A DNA stretch of 64,000 bases from Eledone cirrhosa (Eukaryota): contig OZ024743.1 in the NCBI GenBank assembly GCA_964016885.1, positions 25,482,001 to 25,546,000 of the forward strand, read 5' to 3'. Shown one piece after another: positions 1 through 14,100 of this stretch. The notes beneath the pieces are model-generated. The model had not been told where the DNA came from. It ran no database searches and worked only from the letters and a program-made list of their open reading frames with translations. The position numbers and the translations under genes are program-made. Each line of letters starts with the position of its first letter. The stretch's first letter is position 1.

Positions 1-2199
1 TCGGACCTGGTGTACTTGAGAGATGGGGAGGGTGAGAGAGATGGAGGCTTGACAGTGGGAGTGCGGCTCCTCTGTGTTCGGACCTGGTGTAGTTAAGAGA
101 TGGGGAGGGTGAGAGAGATTGGGGCTTGACAGTGGGAGTTCGGCTCCTCTGTGTTGCGACCTGGTGTACTTGAGAGATGGGAAGGGCGAGAGAGATGGAG
201 GCTTGACAGTGGGAGTGCGGGTCCTCTGTGTTCGGACCTGGCGTAGTTAAGAGATGGGGAGGGTGAGAGAGATTGGGGCTTGACAGTGGGAGTTTGGCTC
301 CTCTGTGTTCGGACCTGGTGTACTTGAGAGATGGGGAGGGTGAGAGAGATTGGGGCTTGACAGCGGGAGTTAGGCTCCTCTGTGTTCGGACCTGGTGTAC
401 TTGAGAGATGGGGAGGGTGAGAGAGATTGGGGCTTGACAGTGGGAGTTTGGCTCCTCTGTGTTCGGACCTGGTGTACTTGAGAGATGGGGAGGGTGAGAG
501 AGATGGAGACTTGACAGTGGGAGTTCTGGTTCCTCTGTGTTTGGAACTGGTGTACTTGAGAGATGGGGAGGGTGAGAGAGATGGAAACTTGACAGTGGAA
601 ATTCGGCTGCTCTGTGTTCGGACCTGGTGTACTTGAGAGATGGGGAGGGTGAGAGAGATGGAGGCTTGACAGTGGGAGTTCGGCTCCTCTGTGTTCGGAC
701 CTGGTGTAGTTAAGAGATGGGGAGGGTGAGAGAGATGGAGGCTTGACAGTGAGAGTTCGGCTTCTCTGTGTTTGGACCTGCGGTACTTGAGAGATGGGGA
801 GGGTGAAAGAGATGGAGGCTTGACAGTGGGAGTTCGGCTCCTCTGTGTTCGGACCTGGTGTAGTTAAGAGATAGGGAGGGTGAGAGAAATGGAGCCTTGA
901 CAGTGGGAGTTCGGCCCCTCTGTGTTCGGACCTGGTGTAGTTAAGAGATAGGGAGGGTGAGAGAGATGGAGGCTTGACAGTGGGAGTTCTGGTTCCTCTG
1001 TGTTCGGACCTGGTGTACTTGAGAGATGGGGATGGTGAGGGAGATGGAGGCTTGACAGTGGGAGTTCGGCTCCTCTGAGTTCGGACCTGGTGTACTTGAG
1101 AGATGGGGACTGCGAGAGAGATGGAGGCTTGACAGTGGGAGTTCGGCTCCTCTGTGTTCGGACCTGGCAGAATTAAGAGATGGAGAGGGTGAGAGAGATG
1201 GAGGCTTGACAGTGGAAATTCGGCTGCTCTGTTTTCGGACCTGGTGTAGTTGAGTGATGGGGAGGGTGAGAGAGATAGAGGCATGAGAGTCTGAGTTCGG
1301 CTCCTCTGTGTTCGGACCTGGTGTAGTTAAGAGATGGGGAGGGTGAGAGAGATGGAGGCTTGACAGTGGGAGTTCGTTTCCTCTGTGTTCGAACCTGGTG
1401 TAGTTAAGAGATGGGGAGGGTGAGAGAGATGGAGACTTGACAGTGGGAATTCGGCTCCTCTGTGTTCGGACCTGGTGTAGTTAAGAGATGGGGAGGGTGA
1501 GAGAGATGGAGGTTTGACAGTGGGAGTTCGGCTCCTCTGTGTTCGGACCTGGTGTAGTTAAGAGATGGGGAGGGTCAGAGAGATGGAGGTTTGACAGTGG
1601 CAGTTCGGCTCCTCTGTGTTCGGACCTGGTGTAGTTAAGAGATGGGGAGGGTGAGAGAGATGGAGGCTTGACAGTGGGAGTTCGGCTCCTCTGTGTTCGG
1701 ACCTGGTGTAGTTAAGAGATGGGGAGGGTGAGAGAGACGGAGCCTTGACAGTGGAAGTTCGGCTCCTCTGTGTTGGGACCTGGTGTACTTGAGAGATAGG
1801 GAAGGCGAGAGAGATGGTGGCTTGACAGTGGGAGTTCGGCTCCTCTGTGTTTGGACCTGGTGTAGTTGAGAGATGGGGAGGGTGAGAGAGATGGAGGCTT
1901 GACAGTGGGAGTTCGGCTCCTCTGTGTTCGGACCTGGTGTACTTGAGAGATAGGGACGGCGAGAGAGATGGTGGCTTGACAGTGGGAGTTTGGCTCCTCT
2001 GTGTTCGGACCTGGTGTAGTTAAGAGATGGGAAGGGCGAGAGAGATGGAGGCTTGACAGTGGGAGTGCGGCTCCTCTGTGTTCGGACCTGGCGTAGTTAA
2101 GAGATGGGGAGGGTGAGAGAGATTGGGGCTTGACAGTGGGAGTTTGGCTCCTCTGTGTTCGGACCTGGTGTACTTGAGAGATGGGGAGGGTGAGAGAGA

Positions 2200-5100
2200 T
2201 TGGGGCTTGACAGTGGGAGTTTGGCTCCTCTGTGTTCGGACCTGGTGTACTTGAGAGATGGGGAGGCTGAGAGAGATGGAGGCTTGACTGTGGGAGTTCG
2301 GCTCCTCTGTGTTCGGACCTGGTGTAGTTAAGAGATGGGGAGGGTGAGAGAGATGGAGGCTTGACAGTGAGAGTTCGGCTTCTCTGTGTTTGGACCTGCG
2401 GTACTTGAGAGATGGGGAGGGTGAGAGAGATGGAGGCTTGACAGTGGGATTTCGGCTCCTCTGTGTTCGGACCTGGTGTAGTTAATAGATGGGTAGGGGG
2501 GGGGGGGGTGAGAGAGATGGAGGCTTGACAGTGGGAGTTCGGCTCCTCTCTGTTCGGACCTTGTGTAGTTAAGAGATGGGGAGGGTGAGAGAAATGGAGC
2601 CTTGACAGTGGGAGTTCGGCTCCTCTGTGTTCGGACCTGGTGTAGTTAATAGATGGGTAGGGGGGGGGGTGAGAGATATGGAGGCTTGACAGTGGGAGTT
2701 CGGCTCCTCTGTGTTCGGACATGGTGTAGTTAAGAGATGGGGAGAGTGAGAGAGATGGAGGCTTGACAGCGGGAGTCTGGCTCCTCTGTGTTCGGACCTG
2801 GTGTAGTTGAGAGATAGGGAGGGTGAGAGAGTTGGAGGCTTGACATTGGGAGTTCGGCTCCTCTGTGTTCGGACCTGGTGTAGTTAAGAGATGGGGAGAG
2901 TGAGAGAGATGGAGGCTTGACAGTGGCAGTTCGGCTCCTCTGTGTTCGGATCTGGTGTAGTTAAGAGATGGAGAGGGTGAGAGAGATGGAGACTTGACAG
3001 TGGGCGTTCGGCTCCTCTGTGTTCGGACCTGGTGTAGTTAAGAGATGGAGAGGGTGAGAGAGATGGAGACTTGACAGTGGGCTTTCGGCTCCTCTGTGTT
3101 CGGACCTGGTGTAGTTAAGAGATGGAGAGGGTGAGAGAGATGGAGACTTGACAGTGGGAGTTCGGCTCCTCTGCGTTCGGACCTGGTGTAGTTGAGAGAT
3201 AGGGAGGGTGAGAGAGTTGGAGACTTGACAGTGGGAGTTCGGCTCCTCTGTGTTCGGACCTGGTGTAGTTAAGAGATGGGGAGGGTGAGAGAGACGGAGC
3301 CTTGACAGTGGGAGTTCGGCTCCTCTGTGTTTGGACCTGGTGTAGTTAAGAGATGGTGAGGGTGAGAGAGATGGAGGCTTGACAGTGGGAGTTAGGCTCC
3401 TCTGTGTTGGGACCTGGTGTACTTGAGAGATAGGGAAGGCGAGAGAAATGGTGGCTTGACAGTGGGAGTTCGGCTCCTCTGTGTTTGGACCTGGTGTAGT
3501 TAAGAGATGGGGAGGGTGAGAGAGATGGAGGCTTGACAGTGGGAGTTCGGCTCCTCTGTGTTCGGACCTGGTGTACTTGAGAGATAGGGAAGGCGAGAGA
3601 GATGGTGGCTTGACAGTGGGAGTTCGGCTCCTCTGTGTTCTGACCTGGTGTACTTGAGAGATGGGGAGGGTGAGAGAGATGGAGGCTTGACAGTGGGAGT
3701 GCGGCTCCTCTGTGTTCGGACCTGGTGTAGTTAAGAGATGGGGAGGGTGAGAGAGATTGGGGCTCGACAGTGGGAGTTCGGCTCCTCTGTGTTCGGACCT
3801 GGTGTACTTGAGAGATGGGAAGGGCGAGAGAGATGGAGGCTTGACAGTGGGAGTTTGGTTCCTCTGTGTTCGGACCTGGTGTACTTGAGAGATGTGGAGG
3901 GTGAGAGAGATGGAGGCTTGACAGTGGGAGTTCGGCTCCTCTGAGTTCGGACCTGGTGTACTTGAGAGATGGGGAGGGTGAGAGAGATGGAGGTTTGACA
4001 GTGAGAGTTCGGCTTCTCCGTGTTTGGACCTGCGGTACTTGAGAGATGGGGAGGGTGAGAGAGATGGAGGCTTGACAGTGGGAGTTCGGCTCCTCTCTGT
4101 TCGGACCTTGTGTAGTGAAGAGATGGGGAGGGTGAGAGAGATTGGGGCTTGACAGTGGGAGTTTGGCTCCTCTGTGTTCGGACCTGGTGTACTTGAGAGA
4201 TGGGGAGGGTGAGAGAGATTGGGGCTTGACAGCGGGAGTTTGGCTCCTCTGTGTTCGGACCTGGTGTACTTGAGAGATGGGGAGGGTGAGAGAGATTGGG
4301 GCTTGACAGTGGGAGTTTGGCTCCTCTGTGTTCGGACCTGGTGTACTTGAGAGATGGGGAGGGTGAGAGAGATGGAGGCTTGACAGTGGGAGTTCGGCTC
4401 CTCTGTGTTCGGACCTGGTGTAGTTAAGAGATGGGGAGGGTGAGAGAGATGGAGGCTTGACAGTGAGAGTTCGGCTTCTCTGTGTTTGGACCTGCGGTAC
4501 TTGAGAGATGGGGAGGGTGAGAGAAATGGAGCCTTGACAGTGGGAGTTCGGCTCCTCTGTGTTCGGACCTGGTGTAGTTAATAGATGGGTAGGGGGGGGG
4601 GAGAGAGATGGAGGCTTGACAGTGGGAGTTCGGCTCCTCTGTGTTCGGACATGGTGTAGTTAAGAGATGGGGAGAGTGAGAGAGATGGAGGCTTGACAGC
4701 GGGAGTCTGGCTCCTCTGTGTTCGGACCTGGTGTAGTTGAGAGATAGGGAGGGTGAGAGAGTTGGAGGCTTGACATTGGGAGTTCGGCTCCTCTGTGTTC
4801 GGACCTGGTGTAGTTAAGAGATGGGGAGAGTGAGAGAGATGGAGGCTTGACAGTGGCAGTTCGGCTCCTCTGTGTTCGGACCTGGTGTAGTTAAGAGATG
4901 GAGAGGGTGAGAGAGATGGAGACTTGTCAGTGGGAGTTCGGCTCCTCTGCGTTCGGACCTGGTGTAGTTGAGAGATAGGGAGGGTGAGAGAGTTGGAGAC
5001 TTGACTGTGGGAGTTCGGCTCCTCTGTGTTCGGACCTGGTGTAGTTAAGAGATGGTGAGGGTGAGAGAAATGGAGGCTTGACAGTGGGAGTCAGGCTCCT

Positions 5101-8100
5101 CTGTGTTGGGACCTGGTGTACTTGAGAGTTAGGGAAGGCGAGAGAGATGGAGGCTTGACAGTGGGTGTTCGGCTCCTCTGTGTTCTGACCTGGTGTACTT
5201 GAGAGATGGGGAGGGTGAGAGAGATGGAGGCTTGACAGTGGGAGTGCGGCTCCTCTGTGTTCGGACCTGGTGTAGTTAAGAGATGGGAAGGGCGAGAGAG
5301 ATGGAGGCTTGACAGTGGGAGTGCGGCTCCTCTGTGTTCGGACCTGGCGTAGTTAAGAGATGGGGAGGGTGAGAGAGATTGGGGCTTGACAGTGGGAGTT
5401 TGGCTCCTCTGTGTTCGGACCTGGTGTACTTGAGAGATGGGGAGGGTGAGAGAGATTGGGTCTTGAGAGCGGGAGTTTGGCTCCTCTGTGTTCGGACCTG
5501 GTGTACTTGAGAGATGGGGAGGGTGAGAGAGATTGGGGCTTGACAGTGGGAGTTTGGCTCCTCTGTGTTCGGACCTGGTGTACTTGAGAGATGGGGAGGG
5601 TGAGAGAGATGGAGGCTTGACAGTGGGAGTTCGGCTCCTCTGTGTTCGGACCTGGTGTAGTTAAGAGATGGGGAGGGTGAGAGAGATGGAGGCTTGACAG
5701 TGAGAGTTCGGCTTCTCTGTGTTTGGACCTGCGGTACTTGAGAGATGGGGAGGGTGAGAGAGATGGAGGCTTGACAGTGGGATTTCGGCCCCTCTGTGTT
5801 CGGACCTGGTGTAGTTAATAGATGGGTAGGGGGGGGGGAGAGAGATGGAGGCTTGACAGTGGGAGTTCGGCTCCTCTGTGTTCGGACATGGTGTAGTTAA
5901 GAGATGGGGAGAGTGAGAGAGATGGAGGCTTGACAGCGGGAGTCTGGCTCCTCTGTGTTCGGACCTGGTGTAGTTGAGAGATAGGGAGGGTGAGAGAGTT
6001 GGAGGCTTGACATTGGGAGTTCGGCTCCTCTGTGTTCGGACCTGGTGTAGATAAGAGATGGGGAGAGTGAGAGAGATGGAGGCTTGACAGTGGCAGTTCG
6101 GCTCCTCTGTGTTCGGACCTGGTGTAGTTAAGAGATGGAGAGGGTGAGAGAGATGGAGACTTGACAGTGGGCGTTCGGCTCCTCTGTGTTCGGACCTGGT
6201 GTAGTTAAGAGATGGAGAGGGTGAGAGAGATGGAGACTTGACAGTGGGCTTTCGGCTCCTCTGTGTTCGGACCTGGTGTAGTTAAGAGATGGAGAGGGTG
6301 AGAGAGATGGAGACTTGACAGTGGGAGTTCGGCTCCTCTGCGTTCGGACCTGGTGTAGTTGAGAGATAGGGAGGGTGAGAGAGTTGGAGACATGACAGTG
6401 GGAGTTCGGCTCCTCTGTGTTCGGACCTGGTGTAGTTAAGAGATGGGGAGGGTGAGAGAGACGGAGCCTTGACAGTGGGAGTTCGGCTCCTCTGTGTTCG
6501 GACCTGGTGTACTTGAGAGATAGGGAAGGCGAGAGAGATGGTGGCTTGACAGTGGGAGTTCGGCTCCTCTGTGTTTGGACCTGGTGTAGTTAAGAGATGG
6601 TGAGGGTGAGAGAGATGGAGGCTTGACAGTGGGAGTTAGGCTCCTCTGTGTTGGGACCTGGTGTACTTGAGAGATAGGGAAGGCGAGAGAAATGGTGGCT
6701 TGACAGTGGGAGTTCGGCTCCTCTGTGTTTGGACCTGGTGTAGTTAAGAGATGGGGAGGGTGAGAGAGATGGAGGCTTGACAGTGGGAGTTCGGCTCCTC
6801 TGTGTTCGGACCTGGTGTACTTGAGAGATAGGGAAGGCGAGAGAGATGGTGGCTTGACAGTGGGAGTTCGGCTCCTCTGTGTTCGGACCTGGTGTACTTG
6901 AGAGATGGGGAGGGTGAGAGAGATGGAGGCTTGACAGTGGGAGTGCGGCTCCTCTGTGTTCGGACCTGGTGTAGTTAAGAGATGGGGAGGGTGAGAGAGA
7001 TTGGGGCTCGACAGTGGGAGTTCGGCTCCTCTGTGTTCGGACCTGGTGTACTTGAGAGATGGGAAGGGCGAGAGAGATGGAGGCTTGACAGTGGGAGTGC
7101 GGCTCCTCTGTGTTCGGACCTGGCGTAGTTAAGAAATGGGGAGGGTGAGAGAGATTGGGGTTTGACAGTGGGAGTTTGGCTCCTCTGTGTTCGGACCTGG
7201 TGTACTTGACAGATGGGGAGGGTGAGAGAGATTGGGGCTTGACAGTGGGAGTTTGGTTCCTCTGTGTTCGGACCTGGTGTACTTGAGAGATGGGGAGGGA
7301 GAGAGAGATGGAGGCTTGACAGTGGGAGTTCGGCTCCTCTGAGTTCGGACCTGGTGTACTTGAGAGATGGGGAGGGTGAGAGAGATGGACGTTTGACAGT
7401 GAGAGTTCGGCTTCTCTGTGTTTGGACCTGCGGTACTTGAGAGATGGGGAGGGTGAGAGAGATGGAGGCTTGACAGTGGGAGTTCGGCTCCTCTCTGTTC
7501 GGACCTTGTGTAGTTAAGAGATGGGGAGGGTGAGAGAGATGGAGGCTTGACAGTGGGATTTCGGCTGCTCTGTGTTCGGACCTGGTGTAGTTAATAGATG
7601 GGTAGGGGGGGGGGGAGAGATGGAGGCTTGACAGTGGGAGTTCGGCCCCTCTGTGTTCGGACCTGGTGTAGTTAAGAGATAGGGAGGGTGAGAGAAATGG
7701 AGCCTTGACAGTGGGAGTTCGGCCCCTCTGTGTTCGGACCTGGTGTAGTTAAGAGATAGGGAGGGTGAGAGATATGGAGGCTTCACAGTGGGAGTGCGGC
7801 TCCTCTGTGTTCGGACCTGGTGTACTTGAGAGATGGGGAGGGTGAGAGATATGTAGGCTTCACAGTGGGAGTGCGGCTCCTCTGTGTTTGGACCTGGTGT
7901 ACTTGAGAGATGGGGAGGGTGAGAGAGATGGAGGCTTGACAGTGGGAGTTCTGGTTCCTCTGTCTTCGGACCTGGTGTACTTGAGAGATGGGGAGGGTGA
8001 GAGAGATGGAGGCTTGACAGTGGGAGTTCGGCTCCTCTATGTTCGGACCTGGTGTAGTTAATAGATGGGTAGGGGGGGGGGGGGGTGAGAGAGATGGAGG

Positions 8101-11100
8101 CTTGACAGTGGGAGTTAGGCTCCTCTGTGTTCGGACCTGGTGTAGTTAATAGATGGGTAGGGGGGGGGGGAGGGTGAGAGAGATGGAGGCTTGACAGTGG
8201 GAGTTAGGCTCCTCTGTGTTCGGACCTGGTGTAGTTGAGAGATAGGGAGGGTGAGAGATTTGGAGACTTGACAGTGGGAGTTCGGCTCCTCTGTGTTCGG
8301 ACATGGTGTAGTTAAGAGATGGGGAGAGTGAGAGAGATGGAGGCTTGACAGCGGGAGTCTGGCTCCTCTGTGTTCGGACCTGGTGTAGTTGAGAGATAGG
8401 GAGGGTGAGAGAGTTGGAGACTTGACATTGGGAGTTCGGCTCCTCTGTGTTCGGACCTGGTGTAGTTAAGAGATGGGGAGAGTGAGAGAGATGGAGGCTT
8501 GACAGTGGCAGTTAGGCTCCTCTGTGTTCGGACCTGGTGTAGTTAAGAGATGGAGAGGGTGAGAGAGATGGAGACTTGACAGTGGGCGTTCGGCTCCTCT
8601 GTGTTCGGACCTGGTGTATTTAAGAGATGGAGAGGGTGAGAGAGATGGAGACTTGACAGTGGGAGTTCGGCTCCTCTGCGTTCGGACCTGGTGTAGTTGA
8701 GAGATAGGGAGGGTGAGAGAGTTGGAGACTTGACAGTGGGAGTTCGGCTCCTCTGTGTTCGGACCTGGTGTAGTTAAGAGATGGGGAGGGTGAGAGAGAC
8801 GGAGCCTTGACAGTGGGAGTTCGGCTCCTCTGTGTTCGGACCTGGTGTACTTGAGAGATAGGGAAGGCGAGAGAGATGGTGGCTTGACAGTGGGAGTGCG
8901 GCTCCTCTGTGTTTGGACCAGGTGTAGTTAAGAGATGGTGAGGGTGAGAGAGATGGAGGCTTGACAGTGGGAGTTAGGCTCCTCTGTGTTGGGACCTGGT
9001 GTACTTGAGAGATAGGGAAGGCGAGAGAAATGGTGGCTTGACACTGGGAGTTCGGCTCCTCTGTGTTTGGACCTGGTGTAGTTAAGAGATGGGGAGGGTG
9101 AGAGAGATGGAGGCTTGACAGTGGGAGTTCGGCTCCTCTGTGTTCGGACCTGGTGTAGTTAAGCGATGGGGAGGGTGAGAGAGATTGGGGCTTGACAGTG
9201 GGAGTTCGGCTCCTCTGTGTTCGGACCTGGTGTACTTGAGAGATGGGAAGGGCGAGAGAGATGGAGGCTTGACAGTGGGAGTGCGGCTCCTCTGTGTTCG
9301 GACCTGGCGTAGTTACGAGATGGGGAGGGTGAGAGAGATTGGGGCATGACAGAGGGAGTTTGGCTCCTCTGTGTTCGGACCTGGTGTACTTGAGAGGTGG
9401 GGAGGGTGAGAGAGATTGGGGCTTGACAGTGGGAGTTTGGCTCCTCTGTGTTCGGACCTGGTGTACTTGAGAGATGGGGAGGGTGAGAGAGATGGAGGCT
9501 TGACAGTGAGAGTTCGGCTTCTCTGTGTTTGGACCTGCGGTACTTGAGAGATGGGGAGGGTGAGAGAGATGGAGGCTTGACAGTGGGAGTTCGGCTCCTC
9601 TCTGTTCGGACCTTGTGTAGTTAAGAGATGGGGAGGGTGAGAGAGATGGAGGCTTGACAGTGGGATTTCGGCTGCTCTGTGTTCGGACCTGGTGTAGTTA
9701 ATAGATGGGTAGGGGGTGGGGTGAGAGAGATGGAGGCTTGACAGTGGGAGTTTGGCTCCTCTGTGTTCGGACCTGGTGTACTTGAGAGATGGGGAGGCTG
9801 AGAGAGATGGAGGCTTGACTGTGGGAGTTCGGCTCCTCTGTGTTCGGACCTGGTGTAGTTAAGAGATGGGGAGGGTGAGAGAGATGGAGGCTTGACAGTG
9901 AGAGTTCGGCTTCTCTGTGTTTGGACCTGCGGTACTTGAGAGATGGGGAGGGTGAGAGAGATGGAGGCTTGACAGTGGGATTTCGGCTCCTCTGTGTTCG
10001 GACCTGGTGTAGTTAATAGATGGGTAGGGGGGGGGGGGGGTGAGAGAGATGGAGGCTTGACAGTGGGAGTTCGGCTCCTCTCTGTTCGGACCTTGTGTAG
10101 TTAAGAGATGGGGAGGGTGAGAGAAATGGAGCCTTGACAGTGGGAGTTCGGCTCCTCTGTGTTCTGACCTGGTGTAGTTAATAGATGGGTAGGGGGGGGG
10201 GGTGAGAGAGATGGAGGCTTGACAGTGGGAGTTCGGCTCCTCTGTGTTCGGACATGGTGTAGTTAAGAGATGGGGAGAGTGAGAGAGATGGAGGCTTGAC
10301 AGCGGGAGTCTGGCTCCTCTGTGTTCGGACCTGGTGTAGTTGAGAGATAGGGAGGGTGAGAGAGTTGGAGGCTTGACATTGGGAGTTCGGCTCCTCTGTG
10401 TTCGGACCTGGTGTAGTTAAGAGATGGGGAGAGTGAGAGAGATGGAGGCTTGACAGTGGCAGTTCGGCTCCTCTGTGTTCGGATCTGGTGTAGTTAAGAG
10501 ATGGAGAGGGTGAGAGAGATGGAGACTTGACAGTGGGCGTTCGGCTCCTCTGTGTTCGGACCTGGTGTAGTTAAGAGATGGAGAGGGTGAGAGAGATGGA
10601 GACTTGACAGTGGGCTTTCGGCTCCTCTGTGTTCGGACCTGGTGTAGTTAAGAGATGGAGAGGGTGAGAGAGATGGAGACTTGACAGTGGGAGTTCGGCT
10701 CCTCTGCGTTCGGACCTGGTGTAGTTGAGAGATAGGGAGGGTGAGAGAGTTGGAGACTTGACAGTGGGAGTTCGGCTCCTCTGTGTTCGGACCTGGTGTA
10801 GTTAAGAGATGGGGAGGGTGAGAGAGACGGAGCCTTGACAGTGGGAGTTCGGCTCCTCTGTGTTTGGACCTGGTGTAGTTAAGAGATGGTGAGGGTGAGA
10901 GAGATGGAGGCTTGACAGTGGGAGTTAGGCTCCTCTGTGTTGGGACCTGGTGTACTTGAGAGATAGGGAAGGCGAGAGAAATGGTGGCTTGACAGTGGGA
11001 GTTCGGCTCCTCTGTGTTTGGACCTGGTGTAGTTAAGAGATGGGGAGGGTGAGAGAGATGGAGGCTTGACAGTGGGAGTTCGGCTCCTCTGTGTTCGGAC

Positions 11101-14100
11101 CTGGTGTACTTGAGAGATAGGGAAGGCGAGAGAGATGGTGGCTTGACAGTGGGAGTTCGGCTCCTCTGTGTTCTGACCTGGTGTACTTGAGAGATGGGGA
11201 GGGTGAGAGAGATGGAGGCTTGACAGTGGGAGTGCGGCTCCTCTGTGTTCGGACCTGGTGTAGTTAAGAGATGGGGAGGGTGAGAGAGATGGAGGCTTGA
11301 CAGTGGGAGTTTGGTTCCTCTGTGTTCGGACCTGGTGTACTTGAGAGATGTGGAGGGTGAGAGAGATGGAGGCTTGACAGTGGGAGTTCGGCTCCTCTGA
11401 GTTCGGACCTGGTGTACTTGAGAGATGGGGAGGGTGAGAGAGATGGAGGTTTGACAGTGAGAGTTCGGCTTCTCCGTGTTTGGACCTGCGGTACTTGAGA
11501 GATGGGGAGGGTGAGAGAGATGGAGGCTTGACAGTGGGAGTTCGGCTCCTCTCTGTTCGGACCTTGTGTAGTGAAGAGATGGGGAGGGTGAGAGAGATTG
11601 GGGCTTGACAGTGGGAGTTTGGCTCCTCTGTGTTCGGACCTGGTGTACTTGAGAGATGGGGAGGGTGAGAGAGATTGGGGCTTGACAGCGGGAGTTTGGC
11701 TCCTCTGTGTTCGGACCTGGTGTACTTGAGAGATGGGGAGGGTGAGAGAGATTGGGGCTTGACAGTGGGAGTTTGGCTCCTCTGTGTTCGGACCTGGTGT
11801 ACTTGAGAGATGGGGAGGGTGAGAGAGATGGAGGCTTGACAGTGGGAGTTCGGCTCCTCTGTGTTCGGACCTGGTGTAGTTAAGAGATGGGGAGGGTGAG
11901 AGAGATGGAGGCTTGACAGTGAGAGTTCGGCTTCTCTGTGTTTGGACCTGCGGTACTTGAGAGATGGGGAGGGTGAGAGAGATGGAGGCTTGACAGTGGG
12001 ATTTCGGCTCCTCTGTGTTCGGACCTGGTGTAGTTAATAGATGGGTAGGGGGGGGGGGTGAGAGAGATGGAGGCTTGACAGTGGGAGTTCGGCTCCTCTC
12101 TGTTCGGACCTGGTGTAGTTAAGAGATGGGGAGGGTGAGAGAAATGGAGCCTTGACAGTGGGAGTTCGGCTCCTCTGTGTTCGGACCTGGTGTAGTTAAT
12201 AGATGGGTAGGGGGGGGGGAGAGAGATGGAGGCTTGACAGTGGGAGTTCGGCTCCTCTGTGTTCGGACATGGTGTAGTTAAGAGATGGGGAGAGTGAGAG
12301 AGATGGAGGCTTGACAGCGGGAGTCTGGCTCCTCTGTGTTCGGACCTGGTGTAGTTGAGAGATAGGGAGGGTGAGAGAGTTGGAGGCTTGACATTGGGAG
12401 TTCGGCTCCTCTGTGTTCGGACCTGGTGTAGTTAAGAGATGGAGAGGGTGAGAGAGATGGAGACTTGTCAGTGGGAGTTCGGCTCCTCTGCGTTCGGACC
12501 TGGTGTAGTTGAGAGATAGGGAGGGTGAGAGAGTTGGAGACTTGACAGTGGGAGTTCGGCTCCTCTGTGTTCGGACCTGGTGTAGTTAAGAGATGGTGAG
12601 GGTGAGAGAAATGGAGGCTTGACAGTGGGAGTCAGGCTCCTCTGTGTTGGGACCTGGTGTACTTGAGAGTTAGGGAAGGCGAGAGAGATGGAGGCTTGAC
12701 AGTGGGTGTTCGGCTCCTCTGTGTTCTGACCTGGTGTACTTGAGAGATGGGGAGGGTGAGAGAGATGGAGGCTTGACAGTGGGAGTGCGGCTCCTCTGTG
12801 TTCGGACCTGGTGTAGTTAAGAGATGGGAAGGGCGAGAGAGATGGAGGCTTGACAGTGGGAGTGCGGCTCCTCTGTGTTCGGACCTGGCGTAGTTAAGAG
12901 ATGGGGAGGGTGAGAGAGATTGGGTCTTGAGAGCGGGAGTTTGGCTCCTCTGTGTTCGGACCTGGTGTACTTGAGAGATGGGGAGGGTGAGAGAGATTGG
13001 GGCTTGACAGTGGGAGTTTGGCTCCTCTGTGTTCGGACCTGGTGTACTTGAGAGATGGGGAGGGTGAGAGAGATGGAGGCTTGACAGTGGGAGTTCGGCT
13101 CCTCTGTGTTCGGACCTGGTGTAGTTAAGAGATGGGGAGGGTGAGAGAGATGGAGGCTTGACAGTGAGAGTTCGGCTTCTCTGTGTTTGGACCTGCGGTA
13201 CTTGAGAGATGGGGAGGGTGAGAGAGATGGAGGCTTGACAGTGGGATTTCGGCCCCTCTGTGTTCGGACCTGGTGTAGTTAATAGATGGGTAGGGGGGGG
13301 GGGTGTGAGAGAGATGGAGGCTTGACAGTGGGAGTTCGGCTCCTCTGTGTTCGGACATGGTGTAGTTAAGAGATGGGGAGAGTGAGAGAGATGGAGGCTT
13401 GACAGCGGGAGTCTGGCTCCTCTGTGTTCGGACCTGGTGTAGTTGAGAGATAGGGAGGGTGAGAGAGTTGGAGGCTTGACATTGGGAGTTCGGCTCCTCT
13501 GTGTTCGGACCTGGTGTAGATAAGAGATGGGGAGAGTGAGAGAGATGGAGGCTTGACAGTGGCAGTTCGGCTCCTCTGTGTTCGGACCTGGTGTAGTTAA
13601 GAGATGGAGAGGGTGAGAGAGATGGAGACTTGACAGTGGGCGTTCGGCTCCTCTGTGTTCGGACCTGGTGTAGTTAAGAGATGGAGAGGGTGAGAGAGAT
13701 GGAGACTTGACAGTGGGCTTTCGGCTCCTCTGTGTTCGGACCTGGTGTAGTTAAGAGATGGAGAGGGTGAGAGAGATGGAGACTTGACAGTGGGAGTTCG
13801 GCTCCTCTGCGTTCGGACCTGGTGTAGTTGAGAGATAGGGAGGGTGAGAGAGTTGGAGACATGACAGTGGGAGTTCGGCTCCTCTGTGTTCGGACCTGGT
13901 GTAGTTAAGAGATGGGGAGGGTGAGAGAGACGGAGCCTTGACAGTGGGAGTTCGGCTCCTCTGTGTTCGGACCTGGTGTACTTGAGAGATAGGGAAGGCG
14001 AGAGAGATGGTGGCTTGACAGTGGGAGTTCGGCTCCTCTGTGTTTGGACCTGGTGTAGTTAAGAGATGGTGAGGGTGAGAGAGATGGAGGCTTGACAGTG

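Noticed and set aside
25-110. Splice-like GG|GTGAGA and CAG|TG motifs in every monomer (tandem exon array)
   Set aside because: The implied intron is only 24 nt with no polypyrimidine tract; the 53-nt exon is not frame-preserving and often contains stops.
1-154. Hammerhead-encoding satellite as in newt satellite 2 or schistosome Sm-alpha
   Set aside because: No CUGANGA plus GAAA core on either strand of the consensus monomer.
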